Shown here: positions 1 through 9,383 of the stretch, piece after piece | How the letters are laid out: every line of letters starts with the position of its first letter | How positions within the stretch are numbered: position 1 is the first letter of the stretch | Assembly: GCA_030429345.1 (NCBI GenBank) | Contig: JAUIFJ010000012.1 | Coordinates: forward strand, 19,898 to 83,897 | Source: a bacterium | GTDB lineage: Bacteria > CAIWAD01 | Length of the DNA stretch: 64,000 nt | Reading direction: 5' to 3' | Translations under genes and position numbers: made by a program | Notes under the pieces: model-generated | Seen by the model: the letters and a program-made list of their open reading frames with translations, nothing else | What the model was told of the DNA's origin: nothing | Databases searched by the model: none

Positions 1-291
1 TTGCGCCTGATCGTTTATCTGAGTCTGTTCATTTCAGTCGCCCCGCGAAGGCGGGGGCCTATCTGCTTGGGCATCCCGCTTCGTTTCATAGAGCCAGCAG
101 GCCAGCTGCGTGAACCTGCATTCTCTCCGGCAAGGAATGGTGTCGCGGGAATCTGCCGGCAGGCCCTGCCACCGTGGGCCCCCGCCTTCGCGCGGGCGAC
201 TGAATCGTTCCCGGGCGATGGCGACTGAATCGATGTCGGGCCAACCATTGTATGATCTGCTTTTCTGCGTCTCCGCGTGAGAACACAAAGG

Positions 292-879
292 CTATCGCGC
301 AGCAAGCCACTCGGCCAGGGCCTGCAGGGCGCGGCCGCGGTGGCTGATTTGGTTCTTGGCCGGAAGATCCATCTGGGCGAAGGTCCGTCCCGTGTGCTCC
401 GCCTCGAAGACCGGATCGTAGCCGAAGGTGCCGTTGCCGCGCGGCGCTTCCGTGATCCAGCCTTCGCAGGCTCCGCAGAGGCAGGTTTCGTGCCCCGGCC
501 CCACCACGGCGATCACGGTCTCGAAGCGTGCTCCGCGCTCCTCGCGGGGCCTTTTCCCCAGTTCCCGCAGCAGCTTGTTCACGTTGTCCGAGTAGCTGGC
601 GCCGGGACCGGCATAGCGCGCGCTGTAGACTCCGGGAGCGCCGTCCAGCGCTTCGACCAGCAGGCCGGTATCATCGGAGACGGCTTCGCGTCCCGTATGG
701 CGGAAGAGTGCCCGGGCCTTGAGCAGGGCATTCTCCTGCAGGGTGCTGCCTGTCTCCTCGGCCGGAACGAAGTCGGGCCAGGCGCTCTGGGCCTGCAGGC
801 GGTAGCCCAGCGGCTCCAGGGCGGCGCGGAACTCGAGCAGCTTGTCCGCGTTGCCGCTTGCCAGGCAGATGTCCTTCAT
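292..879 (-). CDS. rdgB: RdgB/HAM1 family non-canonical purine NTP pyrophosphatase (dITP/XTP pyrophosphatase)
   Basis: The ORF 292..1080 was trimmed to Met68 (MKDICLASGNADKLLEF...), which has a GGAGG RBS. The signature motifs of the Ham1 family are present (SGNADK, FGYDP, TFAQMD). The alignment was done by eye. Confidence 0.8.
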   Translation of the reverse strand: MKDICLASGNADKLLEFRAALEPLGYRLQAQSAWPDFVPAEETGSTLQENALLKARALFRHTGREAVSDDTGLLVEALDGAPGVYSARYAGPGASYSDNVNKLLRELGKRPREERGARFETVIAVVGPGHETCLCGACEGWITEAPRGNGTFGYDPVFEAEHTGRTFAQMDLPAKNQISHRGRALQALAEWLAAR

Positions 880-1000
880 CGAAGACCTCCTTCTGTGATC
901 CGGATTCCGCACCAAGTGTAGTACACGAAAAGAAGGGGCGGAATGTTCTTCCCGCCCCTTGCATGCGTTCGTGGATGCCTGCTGAAACCTGGCGGCGGAT

Positions 1001-1351
1001 TCAGTTCCTGCCGCCGGGCAGGCCGTCCAGCAGCGCGCTGTCCTTGTCCACCTGCCGGCGCAGGCAGTCGCAGACCGCATCGCAGATCTGGAAGACGATC
1101 GGATCCTTGATCGAGTAGTAGCTGTTCAACCCTTCGCGGCGCGCCTTGACCAGCCCCGCCTGGCGCAGGACGGCCAGGTGCTTGCTGACATTGGCCTGGC
1201 TGCAGCCGCCGGCCTGTCCGACAAGATCCGTCACACAGCACTCCTCGTTCTTCAGGCAGTGCAGCAGTTTCAGCCTCAAGGGGTCCGACATGGCCTTGAG
1301 CACAATGGTGATCTTGTCGTAGAAGTCGTCGTCGGGCTTGAAATCGTCCAT
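1001..1351 (-). CDS. ArsR/SmtB family metalloregulatory transcriptional regulator
   Basis: It contains a wHTH region LRLKLLHCLKNEECCVTDLVGQAGGCSQANVSKHLAVLRQAGLV with the metal-binding ...CC... motif. The start was trimmed to MDDFK. Confidence 0.7.
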   Translation of the reverse strand: MDDFKPDDDFYDKITIVLKAMSDPLRLKLLHCLKNEECCVTDLVGQAGGCSQANVSKHLAVLRQAGLVKARREGLNSYYSIKDPIVFQICDAVCDCLRRQVDKDSALLDGLPGGRN

Positions 1352-1471
1352 GGATCCTCCCGCGCCGGTACCGTCGGCGCTCCGGGTCGGCACCTTGCTC
1401 GAACCCGGACTGGTTCTTACATTACTAAATAGTTATACATAAAGCAAGCAGAAGACTGCCAAGGAGTGATC

Positions 1472-1882
1472 ATGAGCGAAACCGCCCTTCCCCCTTTCGC
1501 CAAGCGCACAAGCCTCTCCCTGCCCTGGGACGAAGCCCTCGGGCGGGCCGTTGCCTCCCTGAAAGACGAAGGCTTCGGCGTGCTGACGGAGATCGATGTG
1601 CAGGCGACCCTCAAGGAAAAGCTGGACCTGGACCGCCCCCGCTACCGCATTCTGGGGGCCTGCAATCCTCCGCTGGCGCACAAGGTGCTGGAAGCCGAAC
1701 CCCTGGTGGGCGTGCTGCTTCCCTGCAACCTGGTTCTGTGGGAAGAGGGTGACCGGATCGTCGTCGCGGCCATGGAGCCGCGCATCATCGGACAGATGGT
1801 CGACAATCCCGTACTCGCCGAGGCGGCAGGCAAGGTCAGCGAAATGATGGACCGGGTGCTGAAGCGGCTGGAAGAAGCCTAG
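1472..1882 (+). CDS. DUF302 domain protein
   Basis: A 137-aa ORF preceded by AAGGAG 5 nt upstream of the ATG. The sequence pattern is typical of DUF302 (GFGVLTEIDVQATLKEKL...). Confidence 0.5.
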   Translation: MSETALPPFAKRTSLSLPWDEALGRAVASLKDEGFGVLTEIDVQATLKEKLDLDRPRYRILGACNPPLAHKVLEAEPLVGVLLPCNLVLWEEGDRIVVAAMEPRIIGQMVDNPVLAEAAGKVSEMMDRVLKRLEEA

Positions 1883-2517
1883 TCGAACTGCCTGCGGAAG
1901 GCGGCGAAGCTCTCGCGCATTTCCCGCAGTTCCTCCCGAAGCGCCTGCACTTCATGCTTGAGATCCTGCAGAGGATCCTCCTGCTTGGCAATCGCTTGAG
2001 TAGTTGATTCCTCGCTCTCGTCTTCTGCTGTGAGAAGCTGTCGCCAGCGGCGTTCGCTTTGTCCCGGCCTCCGTTCCAGCTGGCGGATCAAGGGGCTTTC
2101 GCCGCCAGCCAGGGCATCCAGCACCTGCTGCAGCTCGTCGATGGATCCCGGTTCCACCATGCGCGCGCAGCGGCTGCGCAGTTCGCCGGGAGTCTGCTCG
2201 CCCCGCAGGAGCAGTTCGCCCAGCAGGGCCAGGGGCAGATCCTTGAGCTCGTGCCGCTGGCCGAGGCGCTCGTGGAACTTGAGGCTGCGCTGGCCCTCGC
2301 CACTCTGCGCCGCCACCAGCTGTCGCGCGCGCAGGCTTTGCAGCGCGGCTTCGACCTGCACCTCCTCCAGTTCGAGCACAGGGTGCCGATTCGTCTTCTG
2401 GTTGCAGGCCGCCAGCAGGGCGTTGAGGGTCAGGGGGTAGGCGGCGGGAGTCGCCAGCTTCTTCTCGATCAGGCAGCCCAGCACGCGGCTTTCGATCCGG
2501 TTGAGGGAATGAGGCAT
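1879..2517 (-). CDS. yceH: YceH/DUF480 (UPF0502) family protein
   Basis: Residue-level similarity to E. coli YceH is visible by eye (LEARVIGCLIEK...TNALLAACNQKTNR...LLLRGEQTPGELRSRCARM). Its stop codon overlaps the stop of the convergent DUF302 gene (CTAG). Confidence 0.75.
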   Translation of the reverse strand: MPHSLNRIESRVLGCLIEKKLATPAAYPLTLNALLAACNQKTNRHPVLELEEVQVEAALQSLRARQLVAAQSGEGQRSLKFHERLGQRHELKDLPLALLGELLLRGEQTPGELRSRCARMVEPGSIDELQQVLDALAGGESPLIRQLERRPGQSERRWRQLLTAEDESEESTTQAIAKQEDPLQDLKHEVQALREELREMRESFAAFRRQFD

Positions 2518-2699
2518 AAGGATGATCTTCCAGATTTCGGAACTGTCTCAAGCTGGATTTGACCTTTGTCAATCTCTGTGCTCAGGCAATGAGTATATAG
2601 GGAAGTGTATGGCCTCTTGCCTGTGGCACTGGGCGCAATCGACCACAACAGCGAGTTCAAAAGCGGCAGCGACCCGCACCGGCGAGGCGTGACGGCAGC

Positions 2700-3110
2700 A
2701 TGAAGAAGAAGACCTGGCGGAACATTCACAAGTACGCCTTCGGCTATTACAAGCTGGTCAGCCTCTTCATCAGCGTGCTGATGCTGATCATCTGTTTGAC
2801 AGGGATCTTGTACAACCATCACCACGACCTGGACTTCCTGCGCAGCTGGCGGGTGCCGACGGTCGTCCTGCCGGATGGCTACCAGGAACGGCTGGATCGC
2901 ACGCGCGCGGCACAAGGCATGACGGAGCTCTTTCCGGAGGAAGCCAGCAGCGTGCCGATCATGTGGCTGGTGATCGACCTGCACAATGGGGTCTTCTTCG
3001 GTGAGACCTTTGGACGATTTTTCTACGATGCCATCGCCTTGAGCCTGGCGGTGCTTTCACTGAGCGGCATCGTGCTCTATTTCCAGATTCGAAGCAAACA
3101 CAGATTCTGA
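2700..3110 (+). CDS. hypothetical membrane protein, PepSY-associated TM helix-like
   Basis: Two predicted TM helices flank a soluble segment. The product assignment is weak. Confidence 0.4.
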   Translation: MKKKTWRNIHKYAFGYYKLVSLFISVLMLIICLTGILYNHHHDLDFLRSWRVPTVVLPDGYQERLDRTRAAQGMTELFPEEASSVPIMWLVIDLHNGVFFGETFGRFFYDAIALSLAVLSLSGIVLYFQIRSKHRF

Positions 3111-3123
3111 AAAGGACAAGATC

Positions 3124-3591
3124 ATGCGCAAGACACGTGTACTGCTGATTCTTCTGCTGGCGGGCCTCTTCTCCACCCTGCAAGCCGCGGACTATACGCT
3201 CAGCCAGCTCAGTTCGAAGATCGACAGGGTGCAGAACCAGGAAATCGTGCTGACCGGCAATGTGCTCGGCTGCTGCAAGAGCGGCTGCAAAATGTGGGTC
3301 GGCGAAGGCGAGTATCACGAAGGCGATCCCTTCATCCTGGTGCGCGCCAAGGACGACGCCTTCAAGTTCGACACCAAGGCCTCCGGCAAGACCGTCCGCG
3401 TCACCGGCTACGCCGTCGGCCAGCTGATCGACGCCTGCGCCAACGAAGGCGAGAAACACGCCGAGAACGGCGAGAAGGACGAATGCGCCACTCCCGCCCA
3501 GCAGGCCGGCGCCAAGACGGAGACCGCCAAGGCCGAGCCGGCAAAGGAAAAGGAAATGACCTTCTTCGCTACCAAGGTCGAATACAACTAG
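3124..3591 (+). CDS. hypothetical secreted protein (signal peptide; GCCKSGCKMW Cys cluster; Lys/Glu/Ala-rich tail)
   Basis: N-terminal signal peptide MRKTRVLLILLLAGLFSTLQA. No family was recognised. Confidence 0.45.
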   Translation: MRKTRVLLILLLAGLFSTLQAADYTLSQLSSKIDRVQNQEIVLTGNVLGCCKSGCKMWVGEGEYHEGDPFILVRAKDDAFKFDTKASGKTVRVTGYAVGQLIDACANEGEKHAENGEKDECATPAQQAGAKTETAKAEPAKEKEMTFFATKVEYN

Positions 3592-3687
3592 CGTATTCCG
3601 ACAGACGACAAACAAGAACGCCCCCGCATCGCGGGGGCGTTCTTGTTTGGAGGTCGTTCCGGGTGCAGCCAGTCCGGGTGCGCAACC

Positions 3688-4275
3688 CTATTTCAATTTC
3701 CGCGCCCCTTCCAGCGCGCTGGGCGTCGTGGCCAGTTTGCGTCCCGGCAGGAAGAGGCCGCCGGAGGCGAAGCGCACGTCCTCGACCGTGTAGAAGGCCT
3801 TCGGATTGTACTCGGCGATCTTGCCGGTCATCCAGGGCAGCTGGCTGCGGTTGATCACGCTGAAAAGGATGTGCACGGGCCCCTGCGCCCCCTCGGCGTC
3901 CACGACCGTGACGCTGAAGCCTTCCCCGCGCAGCACGCCGACCAGGCCCTCCGCCGTGCGCGCCGTGACGATACGCACGACCACCTTCCCCATGGCCAGG
4001 CGGTTCTCGATGACGATGCCCAGGTAGTTGCCCAGGGCGAAACCGAGGGCGTAGGCCGCCATGTGCACCGGATTGTCCAGGTGCTGGAAGACCTGGCGGA
4101 TGGCAAGCAGCCAGACCAGGATCTCGAAAAAGCCCAGCGCCGGGGCCAGCAGCTTCATCCCCCGTGAGACAAGAATGATGCGGATCGTTCCCAGGCTCAC
4201 GTCGATCACGCGGGCCACGATGATCAGCAGGGGCAGGATCCCCCAGGCGTAGAGCGGGCCGTCGAAGAGTTCCAT
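3688..4275 (-). CDS. DUF2179/UPF0316-like membrane protein
   Basis: The ORF was trimmed to MELFDG, which has a GGAGG RBS. Two N-terminal TM helices are followed by a soluble C-terminal domain, the usual DUF2179 architecture. Confidence 0.5.
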   Translation of the reverse strand: MELFDGPLYAWGILPLLIIVARVIDVSLGTIRIILVSRGMKLLAPALGFFEILVWLLAIRQVFQHLDNPVHMAAYALGFALGNYLGIVIENRLAMGKVVVRIVTARTAEGLVGVLRGEGFSVTVVDAEGAQGPVHILFSVINRSQLPWMTGKIAEYNPKAFYTVEDVRFASGGLFLPGRKLATTPSALEGARKLK

Positions 4276-4389
4276 TGCGCCTCCGGTTTGCTGCAGGGCA
4301 AGATAGGCAGGTTTTACGCAGCGGGGCAAAAAGCGAAGGCGGCGATCCCTTGACCGGAGACCGCCGCCTGCTTGGATTTTCCTGAAGGG

Positions 4390-5760
4390 CTAGACCTCCG
4401 CGAAGGTCGCCGTGAAGTGGGGCAGCACGGCGGGCCGATCGACGAACTTGAGGCCGCGGATCTCGTGGCGCATCTCGTAGAGCTCCGTGATCGCCTCGAT
4501 CACGTAGTCCATGTGGCTCTGCGTGTATACGCGCCTGGGAATCGCCAGGCGGACCAGGTCCATCACCGGCCAGCGATCCTCTTCCTTCTCTGCCTCCGGA
4601 TGCCCGAACATCACATTGCCGATCTCGCAGGCGCGCACGCCGGCGTGGCAGTAGAGGGCCACGGAGAGCGACCAGCCCGGGAACTGCTCGTTGGACAAGT
4701 GATCACAGAAGGCCCGGCCGTCCAGGTAGACGGCGTGGCCGCCGAAGGGCGTCAGCAGGGGAACGCCCGCCGCCTCCAGGTGCCAGCCCACGTAGGCCGT
4801 CGAGCGGATGCGGTACTGCAGGTAGTCGGGGTCGAGAATCTCTCGCAGGCCGACGGCCAGGGCGTCCAGGTCGCGGCCGGAGAGGCCGCCGTAGGTCGGG
4901 AATCCTTCGGTCAGGATCAGCAGGTTGCGCACCTGCGAAGCCAACTCGCCGTCATTCAGGGTCAGCACGCCGCCCATGTTGCCGAAGGCGTCCTTCTTCA
5001 TGCTCATCATCGCGCCGTCGGACAGGCTGAAGAGCTCGCGGGCGATTTCTTCCGGCGGATGGCCCTCGTAGCCCGCTTCCCGCTCGCGGATGAACCAGGC
5101 GTTCTCGGCGAAGCGCGCCGCGTCGAGCAGCAGGGGCACATGGTATTTGTCACACAGCGCGCGGGCGCCCTTGAGATTGGCCATGCTGACCGGCTGGCCG
5201 CCGCCGCTGTTGTTGGTCACCGTGACCAGCACGAAAGGCACGCGCCCCGGATGGTGCTTCAGGCACTCTTCCAGGGCTTCCAGGTCGATGTTTCCCTTGA
5301 AGGGGTGCTCGCTCCGGACCTTGCGCGCCTCGGGGATCGGCAGGTCCAGGGCCCGGGCGCCGGTGTGCTCGATGTTGGCCCGCGTGGTGTCGAAATGCGT
5401 GTTTCCCGGCACGATGGAATCCGCCTGCAGGCAGGTGCTGCAGAGCAGCTTCTCCGCCGCGCGCCCCTGGTGCGTCGGGATCACGTGCTTGTGTCCGAAG
5501 ATCGAACGCACCGCTTCCTCGAAGCGGAAGAAGCTGCGCGCCCCGGCATAGCTCTCGTCGCCGCGCATCACGGCAGCCCATTGCTCGCTGCTCATCGCCC
5601 CGGTGCCGGAGTCGGTGAGCAGGTCGATCTGCACATCCTCGGCGTGCAGCCGGAAGGGATTGAATCCCGCCTCGCGAATCAGCTGGCGGCGTTCAGCGGC
5701 GGTCGTCAGCCGGATCGGCTCGACGCTCTTGATGCGAAAGGGTTCGAAGACCGTCTTCAT
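4390..5760 (-). CDS. PLP-dependent beta-eliminating lyase, tryptophanase / tyrosine phenol-lyase family
   Basis: A 456-aa ORF colinear with TnaA/TPL. Recognisable blocks include FEPFRIK, DLLTDSGTGAMS, THQGRAAE, GGQPVSMANL, the SMKKD PLP-lysine block, FPTYGGL and TQSHMD. The two subfamilies cannot be told apart by eye. Confidence 0.85.
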   Translation of the reverse strand: MKTVFEPFRIKSVEPIRLTTAAERRQLIREAGFNPFRLHAEDVQIDLLTDSGTGAMSSEQWAAVMRGDESYAGARSFFRFEEAVRSIFGHKHVIPTHQGRAAEKLLCSTCLQADSIVPGNTHFDTTRANIEHTGARALDLPIPEARKVRSEHPFKGNIDLEALEECLKHHPGRVPFVLVTVTNNSGGGQPVSMANLKGARALCDKYHVPLLLDAARFAENAWFIREREAGYEGHPPEEIARELFSLSDGAMMSMKKDAFGNMGGVLTLNDGELASQVRNLLILTEGFPTYGGLSGRDLDALAVGLREILDPDYLQYRIRSTAYVGWHLEAAGVPLLTPFGGHAVYLDGRAFCDHLSNEQFPGWSLSVALYCHAGVRACEIGNVMFGHPEAEKEEDRWPVMDLVRLAIPRRVYTQSHMDYVIEAITELYEMRHEIRGLKFVDRPAVLPHFTATFAEV

Positions 5761-5815
5761 CCGTGTCCTGCAGCTTCGTGTCCGGAGCCCGTCCCGGGGA
5801 CGGCCTGCGGAAGGT

Positions 5816-6535
5816 TCATGGTTGTCTCTTCAGCCAGCCGCGCCGCTGGAGCAGATGCAGAATCTGCTCCTGGACCTCCGCGGGCGCCAGCCGGGCACAG
5901 TTCAGAATCAGATCGCTGTCCTGGGCCAGGTCGCCGGGGCGATCGAAGTACTGTTCCAGGTACTGCCGACGCTCCCGGTCGCGACGCCGCACGAGAGCGT
6001 GCGCCAATTCACTCTCCAGGCCGTGCAGCTCGCGCACCTGCTCCACACGCCATTCGAAAGGGGCCACGATCCTCAGGTGCAGGCCCATCGGCAACTCGCG
6101 TGTGACAAGATGCGCCCCGCGGCCGACGAGCACGCAGTATCCTCTTTTTGCCAGCCGTCGAATGGCCGAGGTCCAGCGCCGGAAAACGAAGAGCTCTTCC
6201 GGCCTCACACCGAAGGTCGTATAGAGGTAGCCCTTCAGATCGTCCCCGTGATGCCCGACCGTCGCCTCGAAAAGGGAGGCGTCCAGCCCCGGGCTTTCCT
6301 CCATGGCCTCGAAGACGCGCCGGTCGTAGACGCTCCAGTGCTCCTCTTCGGGTCTTCCCGCATTCAACTCTTCTACCAGCTGTAGCCCCAGGCGGATTCC
6401 GGGACAACCGAAATCCCGTGAGACAGTCAGGAAGGGGGCTTGCGGCTCCGGCTCTTCCTGCAGGCGTTCCTGCAGTTGCCGCAGGCGGGCCTGGCGCGCC
6501 AGCAGCTTTTCCAGGTTCAGTTCCCAGTGACTCAT
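5816..6535 (-). CDS. cytidylate kinase-like family protein
   Basis: The ORF was trimmed to MSHWELN. The N-terminal block FLTVSRDFGCPGIRLGLQLVEEL resembles ITISRxYGSGG of the cytidylate-kinase-like family. Confidence 0.5.
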   Translation of the reverse strand: MSHWELNLEKLLARQARLRQLQERLQEEPEPQAPFLTVSRDFGCPGIRLGLQLVEELNAGRPEEEHWSVYDRRVFEAMEESPGLDASLFEATVGHHGDDLKGYLYTTFGVRPEELFVFRRWTSAIRRLAKRGYCVLVGRGAHLVTRELPMGLHLRIVAPFEWRVEQVRELHGLESELAHALVRRRDRERRQYLEQYFDRPGDLAQDSDLILNCARLAPAEVQEQILHLLQRRGWLKRQP

Positions 6536-6652
6536 GCCTCTCTCCTCCGGCCGGCTCGCGGCCAGGCTTTCGGCCCCGTAACGGGCCTCTGGGGATTCGG
6601 CGACAGCCACCAAATGGATCGCAAATTGCGCCTGTTGCCCGCTTGACGCGGA

Positions 6653-7894
6653 TCAAACGAGCGCCTGCGGAACTTGGTCCTCGAGCAGGGTCCCGCTTTC
6701 GGGAAAGGGCGCCAGGACCCGCTCCAGCAGCCCATGAAGGGCCGCGATTACCGTTCCGAAATTGCCCAGCGGAACCCGGGCCTCTTCGCAGATCGCCTGG
6801 CGCCTGCGCAGCTCCGCCGGATTCAGCGTGCAGGCTCCGCAATGGACGGCCAGGGCCAGGCCGGCTGGATCCGCGGGAAAATCGTGTCCGCGGCAATGCT
6901 CGAAGCGCAGGCGGACACCGTTGCACTCCTCGAGCCAGCGGGGGAGTTTGACCCGCGCGATGTCCTCTTCGGTCGGATGGTGGGCGCAGGCTTCGGCGAT
7001 CAGCACCCGGTCGCCTTCCCGCAGTCTGCGGGCAGCCCGTGCTCCGCGGGCAAAGCCGGCCAGGTCCCCCTGCAGCCGGGCAAAGAGCACCGAGAAGGTG
7101 CTCAGGGGAACACCTGCCGGTGTATCACGGGCGACGGAGGCCAGGGCCTGCGAGTCGCAAAGCACCAGCTGTGGGGGCTCCCGCATGCAGTCAAGGGCCG
7201 CCGGCAGGTCGGCCGTGTCCGTCGACAGGGCCAGGGCGCGGCGATCCAGCAGTTCCCGCAGGACCCGCGCCTGGGGCATGATCAGCCGGCCCGCCGGGGC
7301 CGCCGAATCCTGGGGCATGACCAGCACCACACGATCCCCGGCCTGGACCAGGCCCTCCAGCGGACTGAGTTGACGTGGTGCGCGTGCCAGCAGGAAATCG
7401 GCCACTTCCTGCCGCAGCTTCTCCAGTCCTTCCGGACGGCGTGAACTGACAGCCAGCGGCTGCAGACACTGCGCGGCCAGTTCGCCGACCGCCGATGGGT
7501 CCGGGCCTCCCCGGTCCGCCTGGCTGAAGAGCGGCAGGACGGGCAGGCCGCGTCGGCGGCAGGTGGCCAACAGGTCCTGCTCTGCCCGGCCCCAGACGCC
7601 CGGCGGAATCAGCAGCAGCACGAGGTCCGCACTCTCCAGCGCTTTCCAGGTCCTGCCGGCGCGCTTCCCCCCCAGGGGACTGTTGTCTTCCAGGCCGGCC
7701 GTGTCGATCATCAATACCGGACCGAAGGGGCGCCACTCCATTCCGCGGCGCACGGGATCCGTCGTCGTGCCGGGCGTGTCCGCGACCAGGCTTGTCTCAC
7801 GCCTCGTCAGGGCGTTCATCAGGGCGGACTTGCCGGCGTTGCAGCGGCCCGTCAACACGATGTGGGGCCGCATGCTGTTGGGAGTGTGTTGCAT
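6653..7894 (-). CDS. hydF: [FeFe]-hydrogenase H-cluster maturation GTPase HydF
   Basis: An N-terminal P-loop GTPase block (HIVLTGRCNAGKSALMNAL, DTPGTT, DTAGL) is combined with the C-terminal FeS motif CAHH-x45-HCGAC (CxHx44-53HCxxC). The start was chosen at MQHTPNS. Confidence 0.8.
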   Translation of the reverse strand: MQHTPNSMRPHIVLTGRCNAGKSALMNALTRRETSLVADTPGTTTDPVRRGMEWRPFGPVLMIDTAGLEDNSPLGGKRAGRTWKALESADLVLLLIPPGVWGRAEQDLLATCRRRGLPVLPLFSQADRGGPDPSAVGELAAQCLQPLAVSSRRPEGLEKLRQEVADFLLARAPRQLSPLEGLVQAGDRVVLVMPQDSAAPAGRLIMPQARVLRELLDRRALALSTDTADLPAALDCMREPPQLVLCDSQALASVARDTPAGVPLSTFSVLFARLQGDLAGFARGARAARRLREGDRVLIAEACAHHPTEEDIARVKLPRWLEECNGVRLRFEHCRGHDFPADPAGLALAVHCGACTLNPAELRRRQAICEEARVPLGNFGTVIAALHGLLERVLAPFPESGTLLEDQVPQALV

Positions 7895-7964
7895 GGCTCT
7901 TCCGGCGCGTGAAGCATGGCGGCACTCGCGATGCCGACCACCGTGGTCCACCTGCCCGTTCCCT

Positions 7965-9383
7965 CTAGAAGTACAGATCCCGGACTTCCGTCTCACGCAG
8001 TTCCTCCAGCCGCAGGACCAGCTTGCGCTTGAGCGGGCCTTCTTTCATCTCCTTCAGGGAGCGGGCGATGCAGCTCTCGCCGGCCTTGCGCGTCTGGGGG
8101 CCGGCATAGTCCTGCAGGTACTCGCAGAGCGTCAGCAGCCCGTTCGGGGTGCAGTACTGCTCGATGAAGCCGGGAATCGCGTACTCCATGAACTCCTCGC
8201 CGGTGCGGCCCACGCGGTAGCAGGCCGTGCAGAAGCTGGGAATGTGGTCATGGGCCAGCAGGTCGTGGATCACCTCGTCCAGGCTGCGCATGTCGCCCAG
8301 TTCGAACTGCTCGCGGTCCAGGTGCTGCACCGCCCGTTCGCGCGTGTAGCCGCCCAGCTCGATGCAGCTGCCGGCGTCGATCTGTGAGACACCCAGCTCG
8401 AGCGCCTCGCGGCGCACGCGGGCCGATTCGCGCGCGGTGACGATCAACCCGGTGTAGGGGACGGCGCAGCGCAGGATCGCCGTCAGGCGCAGGAAGTCCT
8501 CGTCGCCGACCCGCCAGGGAAAGGCCTCCTTCAGGCCCGAGGCCGGCTGAAGGCGCGGCACGCTGATCGTGTGCGCTCCCACTCCGTAGCGTTCCAGCAG
8601 GTAGCGGCTGTGGGCAACCAGTCCGAGCACCTCGCCCCTCCAGTCGGAAAGGCCGAAGAGTACGCCGATGCCCACGTCCTCGCAGCCCGCCTCGAAGGCG
8701 CGGCTCAGGCTGTCCAGCCTGTACTGGTAGTCCCCCTTGCGGGTCTGCGCCGGATGCACGCGGGCATAGCTTTGCGGGTCGTAGGTCTCCTGAAAGATCT
8801 GCCAGGTTCCGATGCCCGCCTGAACGACTTCGCGGAAACCGTCGTGATCCATGGGAGCCGCGTTGATGTTCACGCGCCGGATCTCGCCCCGGCCTTCACG
8901 GATCCTGTAGACGGATTCCACGGTTTCGGCGATGTAGCGGGCGTCGTAGTCGGGGTGCTCGCCGAAGACCAGGATCAGCCGCTTGTGCCCCTGTCGCTGC
9001 AGCGCGCGCACCTGGGCTTCCAGTTCCTCCGGTTCCAGGCTTTGGCGCTGAGCCTCGCGATTGCTTCGGCGGAAGCCGCAATAGCTGCAGTCGTTGACGC
9101 ACTCGTTGCCGACATAGAGCGGAGCGAAAAGCACGATCCGGTTTCCGTATACGTCGCGCTTCAGTTGCCGCGCCGTGGCGAGAATCCTGTCGATCTGGCG
9201 CGGCTCGGATGCGCGCAGCAGGCAGGCGGTCTGTTCGAGATCCAGGGGGGTCCTGGCAAGACTTTGCTGCAGGATCTCTTCCAGTCGCGCGTCCTCGACC
9301 GCGCCCTGTTCGGCCAGCAGATCCGGGATCCGCGCCTCGGCAATGAAGTCCCGCGAGTTCCGGGACAAACGACCCTTCTGCAT
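7965..9383 (-). CDS. hydG: [FeFe]-hydrogenase maturase HydG, radical SAM tyrosine lyase
   Basis: A radical-SAM CVNDCSYCGF (CX3CX2C) motif is combined with the C-terminal HydG-specific CTACYR...C (CX2CX22C) auxiliary-cluster motif. The start at MQKGRLS has a GGAGG RBS. Confidence 0.85.
   Translation of the reverse strand: MQKGRLSRNSRDFIAEARIPDLLAEQGAVEDARLEEILQQSLARTPLDLEQTACLLRASEPRQIDRILATARQLKRDVYGNRIVLFAPLYVGNECVNDCSYCGFRRSNREAQRQSLEPEELEAQVRALQRQGHKRLILVFGEHPDYDARYIAETVESVYRIREGRGEIRRVNINAAPMDHDGFREVVQAGIGTWQIFQETYDPQSYARVHPAQTRKGDYQYRLDSLSRAFEAGCEDVGIGVLFGLSDWRGEVLGLVAHSRYLLERYGVGAHTISVPRLQPASGLKEAFPWRVGDEDFLRLTAILRCAVPYTGLIVTARESARVRREALELGVSQIDAGSCIELGGYTRERAVQHLDREQFELGDMRSLDEVIHDLLAHDHIPSFCTACYRVGRTGEEFMEYAIPGFIEQYCTPNGLLTLCEYLQDYAGPQTRKAGESCIARSLKEMKEGPLKRKLVLRLEELRETEVRDLYF

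Noticed and set aside
1-291. Several short overlapping ORFs at the window start
   Set aside because: They have no RBS or motif support. They are likely the truncated end of a neighbouring gene or non-coding sequence downstream of rdgB.
1879-1882. Convergent genes (DUF302 and yceH) sharing overlapping stop codons (CTAG)
   Set aside because: This is a trivial consequence of compact convergent genes and has no functional implication.
2553-2605. Possible sigma70 promoter (TTGACC ... TATATAG) between yceH and the PepSY-TM gene
   Set aside because: The spacing between candidate hexamers is not 16-18 nt in any combination I could make, so it is not reported as a feature.
4372-6105. 577-aa ORF on the plus strand
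   Set aside because: It is entirely antisense to the well-supported tryptophanase-family gene. It has low-complexity Arg/Ala/Gly-rich composition typical of GC-rich antisense frames, no RBS and no motifs.
7965-9383. Alternative call of ThiH (thiazole tyrosine lyase) instead of HydG
   Set aside because: The C-terminal CX2CX22C auxiliary-cluster extension and the adjacent HydF GTPase with CxHx45HCxxC both favour HydG. No thiamine genes are nearby.
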